Source of the DNA: Eledone cirrhosa
Taxonomy: Eukaryota
Reading direction: 5' to 3'
DNA length: 64,000 nucleotides
Assembly (NCBI GenBank): GCA_964016885.1
Contig: OZ024743.1
Span: 244,342,001-244,406,000, forward strand
Shown here: positions 1-13,785 of the stretch, one piece after another
Position numbering within the stretch: the first letter of the stretch is position 1
Layout: every line of letters begins with the position of its first letter
The notes under the pieces: generated by a model
Told to the model about the DNA's origin: nothing
The model's input: only the letters and a program-made list of their open reading frames with translations
Database searches by the model: none
Position numbers and translations under genes: made by a program

Positions 1-160
1 GCCCAGTCTGAGATTCGAATACACAATCGTGAGCCTCTAACCCTAACCAATAAGCCACACGTATTTACGTAAGCAAACAAACACACATACATACATACAT
101 ACATACATACATACATACATACATACATACATACATACATACATACATACATACATACAT

Positions 161-712
161 GGTGGCTGCAACTCGTTTTCGAGTACGGCCACTACTTTAT
201 ATCCATGTAGGAGAACGCCTACCGATGCGCTGAACGAGTGTGACTTTTAAGTCCAGCCAGCGACTTGAAATCTCTTGTACAAACACTACACTTGTGATAA
301 TTATTGACGCATAGTGCTGGGCCCATGATACCATGTGACGACAAGTGCAGAGAGATCTCCAGATATAAAGCAATGCCTGTGTCGTGAAGCTTTTATAGTG
401 AGCAAAGGCACTGCACAAAGCCAGTCCCACTCTCTTAACCAAGATGATATTTACCAAAAAGAAGAGCAAGTCAACATCATTGGATACCATCAGGGTTGCA
501 GGTGTTATATCAGAGTTTTCCTTCTCCTAGAATTCTGCCTTGACAAAGGCTAAGGGATCATCTCTCCCGGTGATTTTGGATGGCCATTGACTCTTAAGAG
601 CTCCTTTGCCCTTTGACAGGTTTTGTTTTTAGTCCTGCAGGATGTCCAAAGTCACCCTCCTCACCAAGAAACCTTGGTGGGGTTGCCAGTTTAGTCGCCA
701 ACGACCCGACCA
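161..712 (-). mobile_element. Non-autonomous RTE-related retroposon with (ATGT)n tail
   Basis: Minus strand carries CTAGGAGAAGGAAAACTCTGATATAACACC, which resembles a motif in RTE-clade 5' UTRs (from memory), and ends CGAGTTGCAGCCACC next to the (CATA)n tract at 86-160. A highly similar copy lies at 57123-57519 in the opposite orientation. Confidence 0.6.
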
Positions 713-738
713 TGAAACACATATACATACATACTGAT

Positions 739-965
739 GATGGCTGCAACTCGATTTTGAGTAATGTCGTCGCTTAATACTTAAACATGAGCATCACAGA
801 CGTGGCTTTTTAATCATGCGAGGGACTTACCTACAGCAGGCAATGCCATGCATCGCAAAAAAATATCACATATCAAGCGATGCTTGTGCTTTAGTCGCCG
901 ACGACCCGACCACGTCAAGGTTGTACTGGGTGACATGTTACTAGTAGCGCCGAAGAGCAACCTGA
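739..965 (-). mobile_element. Shorter relative of the 161-712 element (shared ends, different interior)
   Basis: Shares TGGCTGCAACTCG and TTAGTCGCCRACGACCCGACCA with 161-712; flanked by CATA repeats. Confidence 0.5.
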
Positions 966-2289
966 TATACATACATACATACAAATATATAAAACATTCC
1001 AAAAATTCTACATCTAATAACTCCATGTACACATGTACAGATACAAAGCATGCACACATATAGCTCAAAACATACACCTTCACACATACAATAACATCCA
1101 TACCTGCACACATGCATACATTCAGACATGCAGACATGCAGACATATCTACCTAGTTGATGTGTAAATTCCAATGAAAGCGTCTTGTATCTATGTTAGAA
1201 ACCGACTCCTCTCTATTGGTAAAAATTTGTGAAATTATAAAACCAGAACATACATACATACTCACCGATTCGTTAAACCGTCGAGTGAAGCTCTAAGTGA
1301 TCTCGCAATCTGCAAGAAATAGCAGCCAAGCCTCCTTCAAAATCACACACTATTCTCTCATTAAAAAAAAAGAAAGCAGATCTAGTTGTCTGAGTTAAAA
1401 TGTGGTTGAAGCAACTTAGATCATAGATCTGATAAATGACAAGTGACTTGGGTTTAAACAACTTACTAGCAATAATAGGAGACGTTCAATATTTTTGGCT
1501 TACCAAGAATATTATACGGAAACACCAACGTAACACAAATATTACTTATAGATCTTCATTTTGCCGACACTGCGACATGGTGTTGTATTTATTATAAAGA
1601 GAAAAAACAACAAGAAAAACAAACAAAAAAGCAGGTAAATAAGTTGCAACAAAAATGTCTTCTTGCTTATCGACACAAGTAATGTTGCTGTTTACCCCTA
1701 AGCCAGCTGCGATTGAAGTCAGTTTGCTCGTGATTACCCCGCCTTTTTACCAGTGTTTCTACAACTTCATTACACCTTGTTTAAAGAGAGCGGAGTGTGC
1801 GATCTCAATATTTCACTGTTGTTTCTGGCAGAATGTGTGCTTTCTAATCACGCATTCCTGCAATCAAACGTATTCAAGTCAAGATCATCTTTTTCATCAG
1901 CGTTTCTGCAACTGCATTTTCTCGTGTGAAGACACATGGCTTAATGGTTAGAGTGTTGGAGTCATGACCAAAAGGTTGTGAGTTTGAATCCTAGATTGGG
2001 TGCCACGTTACGTTCTTCATGCTACCTTTCATGATAGAATTAGGGTCCATACAAATGAAGCTCCTGAGAAACTTCCTATGAGAAACAATTGTGTAGGGTG
2101 AACAGCAAATTTCGTTTTTTCTCATTATCTCGTGGCTCTTTCCTGTTTAAAGAGAGCGTGGTGTGTGGTCTGAAGATTTAGCTGCTCTTTTCAGCAAGTA
2201 GTGTGATTGGCCACATAAAGGTCCTCTAGTTGACACATTTAATTAAGGAGGGTTAAGATAGCATGCTTATATCTCTACTGCAGTGGCTG

Positions 2290-2600
2290 AGTACTTAAGG
2301 ACTTGACTTCGCAATCATTACCTCTCGAGGCAAGTGTCCTTTATCATAGCCTCGTGTCAACCCATGTATGTGAGGGAAATTAGATAAATAAAACATGTTT
2401 GGAAGTTGATTGGATGGATTGTACCTGTAATACAAGTTATCAGTCTTGTCACAGAGTGTGTCACGGTAAATCTTCATGGGAGCTGTGTTAAGGGTACACG
2501 TGTTTGTGGAATGCTCAGTCACTTTCACGTTAATTTCAAGAGCTGGCTATTGATCAAAACAACGGAAATACTCATCGTCGAAATCTACGAAGGTTCATTC
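2290..2600 (+). mobile_element. SINE family B copy (other copies ~6965-7195, 28680-28920, 40060-40270, 43640-43770, 48640-48930)
   Basis: Recurrent block GTTAAGGGTACACGTGTCTGTGGA-TGCTCAGCCACTT-CACGTTAATTTC...TCGTCG-AACCGACGGA. The copy at 48640 has a tRNA-like head (TGGCTTGGTGGTTAG...CGATTCCC). Confidence 0.7.
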
Positions 2601-2913
2601 TATTCCTCTACTGCTTCATAATGAAGTATTTACACCAGTTGGTGCTCCTCTTCGATGTCGTCGTCGTTTTCCTCCTCCTCCTCCTCCTCCTCCTCCCCCT
2701 CCTCTGCCTCCTCTTCCTCCTCTGCCTCCTCCGCCTCCTCTCCCCTTCCTCCTCCACTCGCCCTCCTACTTCTCTCTCACTAAGGACCAAAGTACTGCTA
2801 TCAACTTTCAATGATAAAACTGAACAATACTTTCTCTAGTTCACAACAATAAAATGAAATGCTCAAATTTCATAAGATACATTTCAGATTACACGATTGT
2901 TCACATGTTTTAT

Positions 2914-4226
<1,313 letters not shown>

Positions 4227-4825
4227 GCATATACACATACACAACGTTGAAATAAAATCGTAAACTAACACAAACTAATACACGGCCGTTTTGCTCTATT
4301 GATTTGAAGTAAAAGAAGTCAAGAAGTTAGTATTGTGGGATTTATGAGAATCACCCGTATTTTGAGCTCTTTTAAAACTGTCATCTCTCTTTTTTTTCTC
4401 TTTCCTTTTAGTTTGTTTGTTTGTTATATTTTACATTCTTAATTTATCTGTGGACATGGACGTCGCTTGTATTAATTGACAGTGTGTGATTTTGTTAGAT
4501 GTTGTGTACATGGATAGCTTTTAATTGCGACACATACATATACAAGCATATTTACGTGCTTAAGAAGGGATCACATGTGAAATGTGAGTGAATCAGTTAT
4601 AGATACAGAAGGGAAATAAGCTGACAGTTAACATCAAACTACACATGCACTCACACATACACACGCGCGCACGTGTATGTGTTGGACCTCCGTCGGTTCT
4701 GACGACAAGGAGTCCAACAACAGTATAGAGTGCTCGTGAAAGAGTTCACTGCATTTATCGAATCTTCATTTAATGTTGTAGTGTTCAGTATATATATGTC
4801 ACCAGCGTATCATGGTCTGATTTAA

Positions 4826-5048
4826 CCCTTTAGCATTTAAACCGGCCATATCCGGCCAGAATTCTCTGACCTCTTTCTGTTCAAACCGGCCGTAACTGGC
4901 TGCTCATACTGACGTTAAGGTATTGTATTCAAAATAAATAACATCAAAATCTCATAGATTCGTTATTACGTTAGATAATTATGTAAGATAAAGTGTTTCC
5001 CACAAAAATACAATAGTTTGTATTCAGAGTAATGTAAATGTTAAAGGG
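4826..5048. mobile_element. piggyBac-type MITE
   Basis: TTAA on both sides; TIRs CCCTTTAGCATTTA / TAAATGTTAAAGGG. Confidence 0.85.
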
Positions 5049-5506
5049 TTAAAGAACTAGGCATCTCCGATATTTGGGAATATTTCTCATTCTGTTTCAT
5101 ACAGAAAACAAAACATAGAAAGGAAATGAGCCGGTCGTCACATCTAACCAAGGAAACAATGCATTGGTCTTATATAGTGGATACTATCGGTTGGTCGTAA
5201 CTCCTGGTAGAAAGAGGCAGGTTTTGAACTTAGAACACAGAGATTCGGATTAGATATCATGAGGTATTCCGTCTGGCTCATTAATAGTTCCACTAAACCA
5301 CTGCTCCTAGACTAGTATTTTATTTATCGACCCTGAAAAGATGAAAGGAAAAGTTGCCCTCTGCGAGATTTGAACTCAGAACACAGTAAACCAGAACAAT
5401 CCGACTCTACCAATTCTTACACAGCTGAGATAATTGATACGAGATGACTTGATGGGCAGTGAATTGTCCGGATCGTTACACACTCACACGCGCACACACT
5501 CACACG

Positions 5507-5580
<74 letters not shown>

Positions 5581-6002
5581 TGTGTGTGTGCGTGTAAAAC
5601 ACACCATGCCTGGCCGGGAATCGTACTCATGACTATGACCGTGAGCCTAACACTCTATCCTTTAAGCCACGTGCCGTTACGCTCTGTTAAATAAGTGTTT
5701 ATTTAGTGGAAGATTATCCCAGGCAATTAATCTCGTCCCCTTTCATTGACGAAACATCTCCAGATTTACGAGGAATAACGTACCTATCTAAAACCCTGCC
5801 TCACACGATCCCCTAAGTTTCCCATCATTTTGTATTTTTGTTTTTCTACACTAAGTTCCATTCAAAATATCAAGCTACAGAGATATACTAAATGTTTATT
5901 AACTTTTCTTGTTTAGCACGGAACTGCTTTCATTTTATCCTTCTACCATAAACTTGACTTTGTAGTTTTTAACGCAAGGCTTTATACTGGAATGAATATA
6001 TA

Positions 6003-6097
6003 CAGGGTGTCCCCACCAAAATGTATACACAGTTTGATACAGGCAATATTTATTAGAATGCTGTTGAAGTGTATATACATTTTTGGGGGACATCCTG
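6003..6097. mobile_element. Tc1/mariner-type MITE (95 bp)
   Basis: TA flanks; TIRs CAGGGTGTCCCC..AAAATGTATACAC / GTGTATATACATTTTTGGGGGACATCCTG. Confidence 0.85.
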
Positions 6098-6444
6098 TAT
6101 ATATATATATGTACATATATAATCAAAGTGGTCTGTTGCCAACCGGTGTCATCAAACCGGATGTTGCATAACTTCTCAGCAGCCCGTCGGATGAAGATGT
6201 CGAGATCGGTGAGAAGTGATGCTTTGCTGTACCAGGGGCACTGCGGAAGGTTTTCAAAAGAACATTAGATAACGTTTCACTCTGCGATACTGACATGTTA
6301 GCCTTAGCTCAACTGCCGGCTTATAGATTCCACCCCTGTCCTGTCTATAGGATCGAAAGCTTCTACAACGTGTACTAATTAAGTTCTCCATCTATCACTC
6401 ACTCTCTTTCACTTTCTCCCTCTTCCTCTCTTTCTGATCAACTT

Positions 6445-6880
6445 TGTCCTATTCCAAGGTCCGGGTTTGTTCCCCATGCTCTTGCTATCATGTATCAATG
6501 AAATATCTGCAGTCTCCTCCAACGCTTAACCCTATGTAGATGATAAAACCCTTCACTCCTGATTAAAATTCTGTACTCAACCTTCAATCACACGCAATCT
6601 ATTCACCTCAGGCCAAACCAGCCCTACCACCACGAACAGAAGCCATGAAAACATCCTCCAATAATGTTATATCAGTCTTGTTTACTTGTCTTCTTTAACA
6701 GTAGCAAGATACAATCGTTACACAACATGGTGGAAACAGTTCTGTCTCACTCTCTTGCACATTTAAATCCCTCAAAGTCATTACGAATACTAGACTTCAT
6801 AATCTCATAACCACTGATGATCTCTCTTTGCAATCTCACAGCCATAACGTAGCAAAATTTAAATCTCAACTGCATTATTT
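6445..6880 (+). mobile_element. Ancient LINE reverse transcriptase fragment (Jockey/CR1/L2 group)
   Basis: Translates as FQGPGLFPMLLLSCINEI...PYVDDKTLHS and later ITTDDLSLQSHSHNVAK, degenerate forms of the PQGS-L-P-LF--YIND, YADD and LSW--H motifs. Confidence 0.5.
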
Positions 6881-7689
6881 TTACCATTCTCGGTTGACAC
6901 AACCCCTTACTCGAAACCACTTCATTTAAAATGTTATTTATTATGCATATATATGAAATTTTGTGAAGACGTAGGTTTATAAGTTAGGGAGTTCAGCTGG
7001 CAAAAATAAGTTCTAGCTGTAATTAAAAGGGGCAGCTTTGTCTCATACTGTATCAAGCTGAATCTCCCTGAGAACTACGTTAAGGATACGTATGTATGTG
7101 GAATACTCAGCTAAGTGCATGATAATTTAATGAGCAAGTTATTCACTTGTTCGATCAACTGGAACACTTCGACATCGAAACCGACGAAACTCCAACATAC
7201 ATATCCACACAACCACACATAGGTGAATCTTTGGATGGTGCCAAGATTAAGATGCCGCATTCCTGTTTACAAGCATAAGTAATATTGAAGTAAGAGAATA
7301 CGGTTATATTTGGGAACGGTGAGCCGGACATAGAAGGTGAGTCAATAATTTGTTATCTTCCAAAAAATCTTATTATTTACTTGCACTCAGACGACACATC
7401 CTGTTATGAGACAGAGATGAGATGGACCTGCGTCGGTTTCGACGATAACAACCAACTATAAACTGATATTGCTTATGTATTCTATATAGAATGGTCTGGA
7501 GGAACTTACTCTAGGAAGATAATATAATCTACAATAAAGGAATCTATTCCATAATACTCAGCAAATATTCTTGGCTGATTGACATCGATTAACACTAATA
7601 ATGAAACGATACAATCAAATTTAAGATTTGACATCATTAAATTTGTTCAATGGTGTATATTTAGGTTATGTGTTTATATATATATAATA

Positions 7690-8290
7690 TTCGTAGGAAA
7701 ATGGAAAAACTCGGCGTAAGGAAGCTGTTAAAACAGCAAAATACCGCCGAAGCAGCGTTGGGTAAAACATTACCTGGAAGGACAGAAATCAGCGGCTCGA
7801 TGTGAGTTGACTCGAAGAATTGATAGGAAAGAAGAAATAGAATGGATGAGAAGAGATCACAAACATTAAAATACACTCATCAGATTTCAGGCCACCTGCA
7901 GTTTCAACAATGTAACTGAAATTACTGCGAAGAATACGTGGCTCGTAGCAACGGAGAAATAAATATCTCCGTTGATATAATGTGTTGGGACAGGTGAGAG
8001 AGATAGGGAGAGAAAATGGAGTGCGTCCAATCGACCTCAAGTCGTCGCGAGAAAGGAAGAACAGTGACACTGTAAGCAGAATTGGCCTGTAGAAGGGAGA
8101 GGGAAGAAAGAAGGTAAAAGTGAGAAGGAGGTAGAAAAGAAAAAGGAGCAGTAAGAGAAAAAGGGGAGAAAGAAAGAATGAAAGAACGGGGAACAGAGGA
8201 AGAGGGAAGAAAAGACAACTCACCTTAAGCATGGTATCAATCCGCGTTTGAGATATGAGGGCTTGCTTCGTCTTGCTAGAACCAGAATGT
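7690..8290 (-). mobile_element. Probable 3' remnant of a Penelope-like element
   Basis: HSGSSKTKQALISQ resembles the GIY-YIG C-terminus at ~46100. It is followed by a pyrimidine-rich UTR and a decayed hammerhead-like GAAACTGCAG with a GCCAC/GTGGC stem; the left end abuts a TA tract. Confidence 0.35.
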
Positions 8291-8295
8291 ATTCA

Positions 8296-9084
8296 TTAGA
8301 TATGTGTACATAGTCTGTAGCTCTTTTTAAAAAAGTTTTCCAGGACCTCCACATAGCGTTTCTTTATGAATGTGGAAGTGACACCATTTTCTTCGAAGAA
8401 GAATGTGCCAATCAACCCTCTCTCAGAATTGGCAGTCCAGACGGTACATTTAGCCGAATGGAGAAGTTTCGCAGCCACTTCATTGGGTTTCTCTGGACCC
8501 CAGAATACATTGTTCTTAGAGTTAATCTTTCCCTCTAAGTGAAAGTGGGCTTCAGCAGAGATGAACAGCAGATTCAGAAAATTGGGGTTGTTTTTCATCG
8601 TCTCCAGCATTTTATCAGTCATAGCCTCTCTCTTGGTCTTATCAGCTACAGTAAGTTTTGTTTAGTTTGTATTCTATAGAGGTACTTTTTAAGATCCCCT
8701 TTGACAACCCTTCTCCAAGTTTCTGGCTTCTCCTCCGCAGCGAACGTTTTTGGCTCTGTTCAACAGACTCTCGGACCATGTCAGCAAATTCGTGTGTTCG
8801 CTTCCTGGGTCGTCCGGAGTGGGTAGGACGGTCCACAGACATTATATTGAGATTCCCCACTGTCCCATAGGTTTCAACCTTCTTCACCCAGTTTTGTATA
8901 TTGGTTTGAAGGGATATTTGACCATTCCAAAAATTGAAATTACTCCAGGACCCGTTTGCACGAGCCCCACTTATAGTAGTGTTTCAAACAGAAACTTCAG
9001 TTGAGATCTTGTAATCTTTCCACACCTTCCATCTAGCATGTCCTTAAATTTAAGGTTGATAGGGGTAATTTTTTAGTCCCCCTG
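8296..9084 (-). mobile_element. Truncated, frameshifted Tc1/mariner-superfamily transposon
   Basis: TA + CAGGGGGACTAAAAAATTACCCC terminus at 9084; transposase motifs GTVGNL, SGRPRKRT, SLRRRSQKLG, SAEAHFHLEGKINSKNNVFWG, LHSAKCTVW, GLIGTFFFE. The C-terminal part of the DDD/E domain and the other TIR are missing. Confidence 0.88.
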
Positions 9085-9106
9085 TATACATACACACACA
9101 CATGCA

Positions 9107-9175
<69 letters not shown>

Positions 9176-9232
9176 TATATTTAAATATATATACATATAC
9201 ATATATATATATATAATAATAATAATAATAAT

Positions 9233-9413
9233 TGTTTCTACTATTGGCCAGCAATTATCCCAGTACATTACTGGTACTTTCTTTTATCGACCCCGTAAGG
9301 ATGAAAGGCAAAATTAACCTCGGCGGGATTTGAACTCAGAATGGCAAGGGCCGTAACTCTATGCGTCAAAGCATGGCGTCCGACCCTCTACCGATACTGC
9401 CAATTCACCGCCC
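9233..9413 (-). mobile_element. tRNA-derived SINE family A copy
   Basis: Minus strand has A box TGGCAGTATCGG, B box GTTCAAATCC, central TTTGCCTTTCATCCTTACGGGGTCGATAAA and an (ATT)n tail. Confidence 0.85.
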
Positions 9414-9429
9414 TATAATATAATAATAA

Positions 9430-9651
9430 TGATTTCATTTATTAGCCACCAGGGCCGACATGTAGGGGACAATACAAAGACAGGGACAGTGGGGGTTTAC
9501 AATAAGGTCGAGTAAAAGTGTACAAAGGCAGGACTAATTTAACAATGTAGATCTGAAAAATATAAAATAAACTATGCATAAATATAACAAAATAAATTCC
9601 GCGATAGGGGGTGGACGACCCTGGGGAGACTCAGGTACCCCACCAATCCTG
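9430..9651 (-). mobile_element. 5'-truncated 3' UTR of a Tx1-type LINE
   Basis: Homologous to 9669-9897 (GATTTCATTTATT-GCCAC-AGGGCCGACA...CTCAGGTACCCCACCAATCCTGA); (TAA)n on both sides. Confidence 0.85.
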
Positions 9652-9958
9652 ATAATAATAATAATAATGATTTCATTTATTGGCCACAAGGGCCGACATA
9701 TAGGGGACAATACAAAAGACTGGGGCAGTGGGGTCTTACAGAAAAATCGAGTAAACAATATGAATAACAATAAGACAGTAACAATAAAATTACAAGAAAA
9801 AATTCCCCAATAGGGGGGATGACCACCCAGGGTTCGCTAATTCCCCAATAGGGGGGATGACCACCCAGGGTTCGCTCAGGTACCCCACCAATCCTGAACG
9901 ACCCGACGCTTCGAGAGCACCCTGGAAGGGAACCCCTCTCCTCCTCAAATTTACCTAC

Positions 9959-11785
9959 CTACAGCCGCATGACCAGAGTAGGCCCACTCATACGGGCCAT
10001 TCTCGCCACATTCACCCATCTTTCAGCAAATGTAATGGGGGGGGGGCAGCACTTCTCTCTTCACACTCACCTTCCTTTCCAAGTGAAACTTGAAAAAGTT
10101 GATGAGGGATTGGCCGAAGAGAAAAGTGTCTGTCTTCAGTCCTTTCAACCTCGTCCACCATACAACCTCTTTCGCTACTGCCACCAGACAGAGGAAAATT
10201 GCCTGCCCTTCCTGGCCAAAAGAAGGCGGCGGGTCGATCTTCACTATGGACTCAGCCGATAGCCGGATCCGTTCTACACGCGATAACAGCTGTTCAACAT
10301 AACTCCATAAGTCAGTAATGCACGGACATTGGACGAGTGCGTGCAGAACGGTTTCGTCGCTCTGCGCGCAGCTCGGGCAGGTCCGTCTTACAGCACTTCC
10401 GTGCCTGTAGAGTTTATCTCGAACCGGCAGTGTCCCCCGGTAGCACTGCCAAGCGAGGGATTTTTGGAAATTATCCATCGTCCCCGGCTCGAAAGTCCTC
10501 CGGTACAGACTGGTTAGTTCGACTTCGTTGACTCCCAGAGCCTCTCCGAGTGCGTCGTCGCACTTGCCCACCCCTAATCCTCTGTAGAACTCGAGAGTGG
10601 AAGTTCCACTGACCGCATTTGCCTGCCTGGTAGAGGGCAGTGAGTGCCTGGCAACATTCCAGATGCCAGTCATCCAGTCTCGGTCTCTTCTTGACCCAAG
10701 ACTGCAGCTCAGTCAAAGAAACGAGCTGCGGAAAGGCCCGTCTGACAAACGGCGACCACACCTGTTCACTGTTTAGGCAGAATATCTGGAGATGCCTCAG
10801 CTTCAGCGCGTGCCTGCGCATCATTAGCCACGGCATGCCCAGCCCTCCACGTAGAGGGTGCTGGCAGCAGATGGACCGCCTCACCAGCGGAAACTGACCC
10901 CTCCACAAGAATTTGAAGAGGAGCCGCTCCAAGATGGCGAGGCGCGAACGGGGGCAAGGGACGACGGTCAGACGGTAGTAGATGACGGACGCGATGTACG
11001 CGTTCGCCACCTCCGCCCGACCTTTCAGTGATAGCTTCATCCCAGCCCATTTCTGGGTGAAACTGGCTACCCTGCCCGTCACCTCGTCCCAATTCTTATC
11101 CACCTGGAGGTCTGGCCCGAACCAAACCCCGAGCAACTTTACCGGTCCGTCGGTCCAGCGCCTAACGACGCTGTTGGACGGCATGGATTTGCCTCTCCAG
11201 GTGCCGAGTTGCAAGCCCACCGACTTTTCCGGGTTAAGTTTGCTCCCGTCAACCTTTCATATTCCTCCAATAAGTTGCCGACCACCTCGATTTCTGAGGT
11301 GTCCGACACCATCACGGTGATGTCGTCCGCATAAGCCGACACAGCCTTTCCGCGTCCCGGTTCGAGCGGGATGCCCTGCAACAGCTCCAGCTTCCACAGT
11401 AAAGGCTCGAGAGTCAATACGTACAGAATGGAGGAGAGAGGGCACCCTTGACGGACCGATCGGGATACCTGAAACGGTTCCGAGAGGTGGCCATTAATTT
11501 TGAACATCGAGCAGGTGCCGCTGTGCATTGCAGCGATCCAGCTTCTGAAAGCGGGGCCGAAGCCAGCCGCCTTGAGGACAGCCTCCAGGTACCGATGGTC
11601 GACCCAGATGCAAAGATCTGATAGTCGTCGAAAATGGGGGCTAGTGCGCGCGTGTCGGAAATCCTGGTCTCGCTGACGGCAATTACATCCATTTCTAGAG
11701 ACCTGAGGTCGTTGAGCAGGTGACCCTGCTTCCAGGACGATCCCAGGCTTCGAACATTTAAACATCCTACTCTTAATACGGCCAT
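9959..11785 (-). pseudogene. LINE ORF2 (APE endonuclease N-terminus fused by deletion to RT domains and C-terminus)
   Basis: MAVLRVGCLNVRSL...IAVSETR, then VDHRYL...VRQGCPLSSILYVLTLEPL...SAYADDITV, KLLGVWFG, LSLKGRAEV, GGLGMP, CPSCAQSDETVLHALVQC. Several frameshifts; ~1.6 kb is missing at ~11605 relative to the + strand element. Confidence 0.92.
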
Positions 11786-11799
11786 GTTGGCAGGTTAAA

Positions 11800-13785
11800 A
11801 AGAGAGAGAGGAAAGGTTTACTTACTTTCCGGGTTCTTGTGAAGGTCGGGTTGTTCGACCTCCATAGTTGGTGGCGTTTCTTTTGGGAACTCCTTTAAAA
11901 GTCTTCAAGTGGGTTTTACGTTCGGGGTTCCCACGTCCCGAAGAAAGCTGTCTCGTATTTCTTTGTATAAATCGAGCGACATTCGCACCAGAACCAAATC
12001 TTCCGGCACGGGAAATGTGCTCGATTTAAAAATTTCCCCCTCTTTTTGTATATTTTCACTTCGTGCTACGAGGGCCATCAGTTCCTTGTTGGCCCTCCTG
12101 ACGAGCACGAAGTTTTGTATGTTTTGTTGGTGTGATTTTATTTGTTTGCGTGGCTGTGGTGGTGATGGTTTTGGTGGTGTTGTTTCGGTTGTGTTTGTGT
12201 TTGTTGTGAGTACGGTGTCTGTGGTTTCAGATGTTTGTGTGTATATTTGTTCTTGCGTCTGTTTAGGTTGTTTGCGTTTGGGGGATTCTGGTGATGGTGA
12301 TGGTGGTGTTGATGTTGGTGTTATTGGAGAGATGTTTGCGGGGGTGGTGTCTGCGTTTTTTTTTATTGTGGGTGATTTTGTGCTTTGGTGAGTTGTTTTT
12401 TTTTTTGTGTCCTTTTTTTGTATTTTGGGGGATTTGGGTTTTCCCTCATCTTCACTACTGGTAGATGAGGGGTCTGTGTCTGTAAGCGTGTCTGTGTATA
12501 TGTTTATAGTTTTATTGGTGTGTGTATTTTGGGGGGAGGGGAATTTGACAGCTTTCCTCGTTTCCCCCCTGGGTGGTCAATGTTGGTGGTGGTCTTTCTA
12601 TTGGTGTTGTTGTTGGTGGTTTTGCCGGTGCTGGTGTTGGTTGTGGTCCTCGCCTCGGCATCGGCAGCAGTGGAGCCTTTCGACCCCTTGCCTCTTTCAG
12701 CAGTTGAGGGCAGAAGGCTCGCAAATGGGTTTTTTCCCCACAAACAAAACAATGCGGCTCTGTGAATGACCGTCCCATTCTGAAGGCGGATGTGGTCCGG
12801 AATTGTCTTCACATTCTCGGGCCTGATCTGGAGAAGGATCTTCAGGTCAACCCCGGACTAGTCCTCTCTTGCCGTTCTGGTCACTTCTATAGGGACGGTA
12901 TCTGTCCCCTCCACAATAACACATCCCAGAAGCCACTACGTGTCAAGTCCTGGTGGGATTCTGGGAATGCGGAGACGGGCCGTTCTTTTTCCCATGTTGG
13001 AGGGGTACATTATGACCTTGCTGGTTTTGCAAGGAGTCATAGCGTGTTTCATAGCGAGGGCTTCTGACTTGAACAACACCGAAATGGTGCCGTACTGTCT
13101 GCCCCTCTCTATGTATTCGGTGTCATCTCTGATGCACCTCAGCGCGACTTCGACATCTGCTTGTGGGATTAAAGCTGCCCTTTTGGTTTGTGCTGAGATG
13201 CATCTATAATGCACCGTTCTGCGCTCCACTGCCTCAATAGCTTCTACCGGGACAGTTAAGTTGGCCCAGGTTTGCTCATGCTTGATGAGCTTCCATGCCT
13301 GGGCCAACTTATCATCTTTGTTTGAGAGGTCCATGTTGACGCATGGCCTCTTTTTTGCTGCTGCCGCAGCGAAAGTGTTCTTCTTGTTTTCGTTGGGGGT
13401 GTTGTTGTCGTTGTCGTTGTTCTTGTTGGTGTTGTTGTTATCACTGTCGCTGTTATCATTGTTGTCTTTGTTGCCACCGTTGTTCTCGGTGCAGTTGGTA
13501 TTGTTGCTGTTGGTGTTGTCGCTATTTGTTATTATGTTAGTGGTGTTGATATTGTTGTTGCATTTGTCATTTTCTTTTTTTGTTATCTGTATTTTCGTTG
13601 TCGCTGTTACTGTCATTTTTTTCAAAATTAGAGTTCTCATTGGTATCATTGGTGTCTTTGTTTACATTGTTTGTGGTGGTGTTTGTGTTATCAATTTGTG
13701 TTAATTTCGCTGTAGCGCTCCTCTCAACTTCTACGTCCTTGTCGCACGACAGCAGACATATCGCTGGGGGGCGTGGCTCAGCCAT
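11800..13785 (-). pseudogene. LINE ORF1 (gag-like nucleic-acid chaperone)
   Basis: Asn/Thr-rich N-terminus, RRM-like block IERGRQYGTISVLFKS...YPSNMGKRT, zinc knuckle CFVCGEKTHLRAFC; frameshifted. Confidence 0.8.

Noticed and set aside
37-50. TAACCCTAACC as a telomeric repeat
   Set aside because: Fewer than two units, and it is part of a reversed SINE head.
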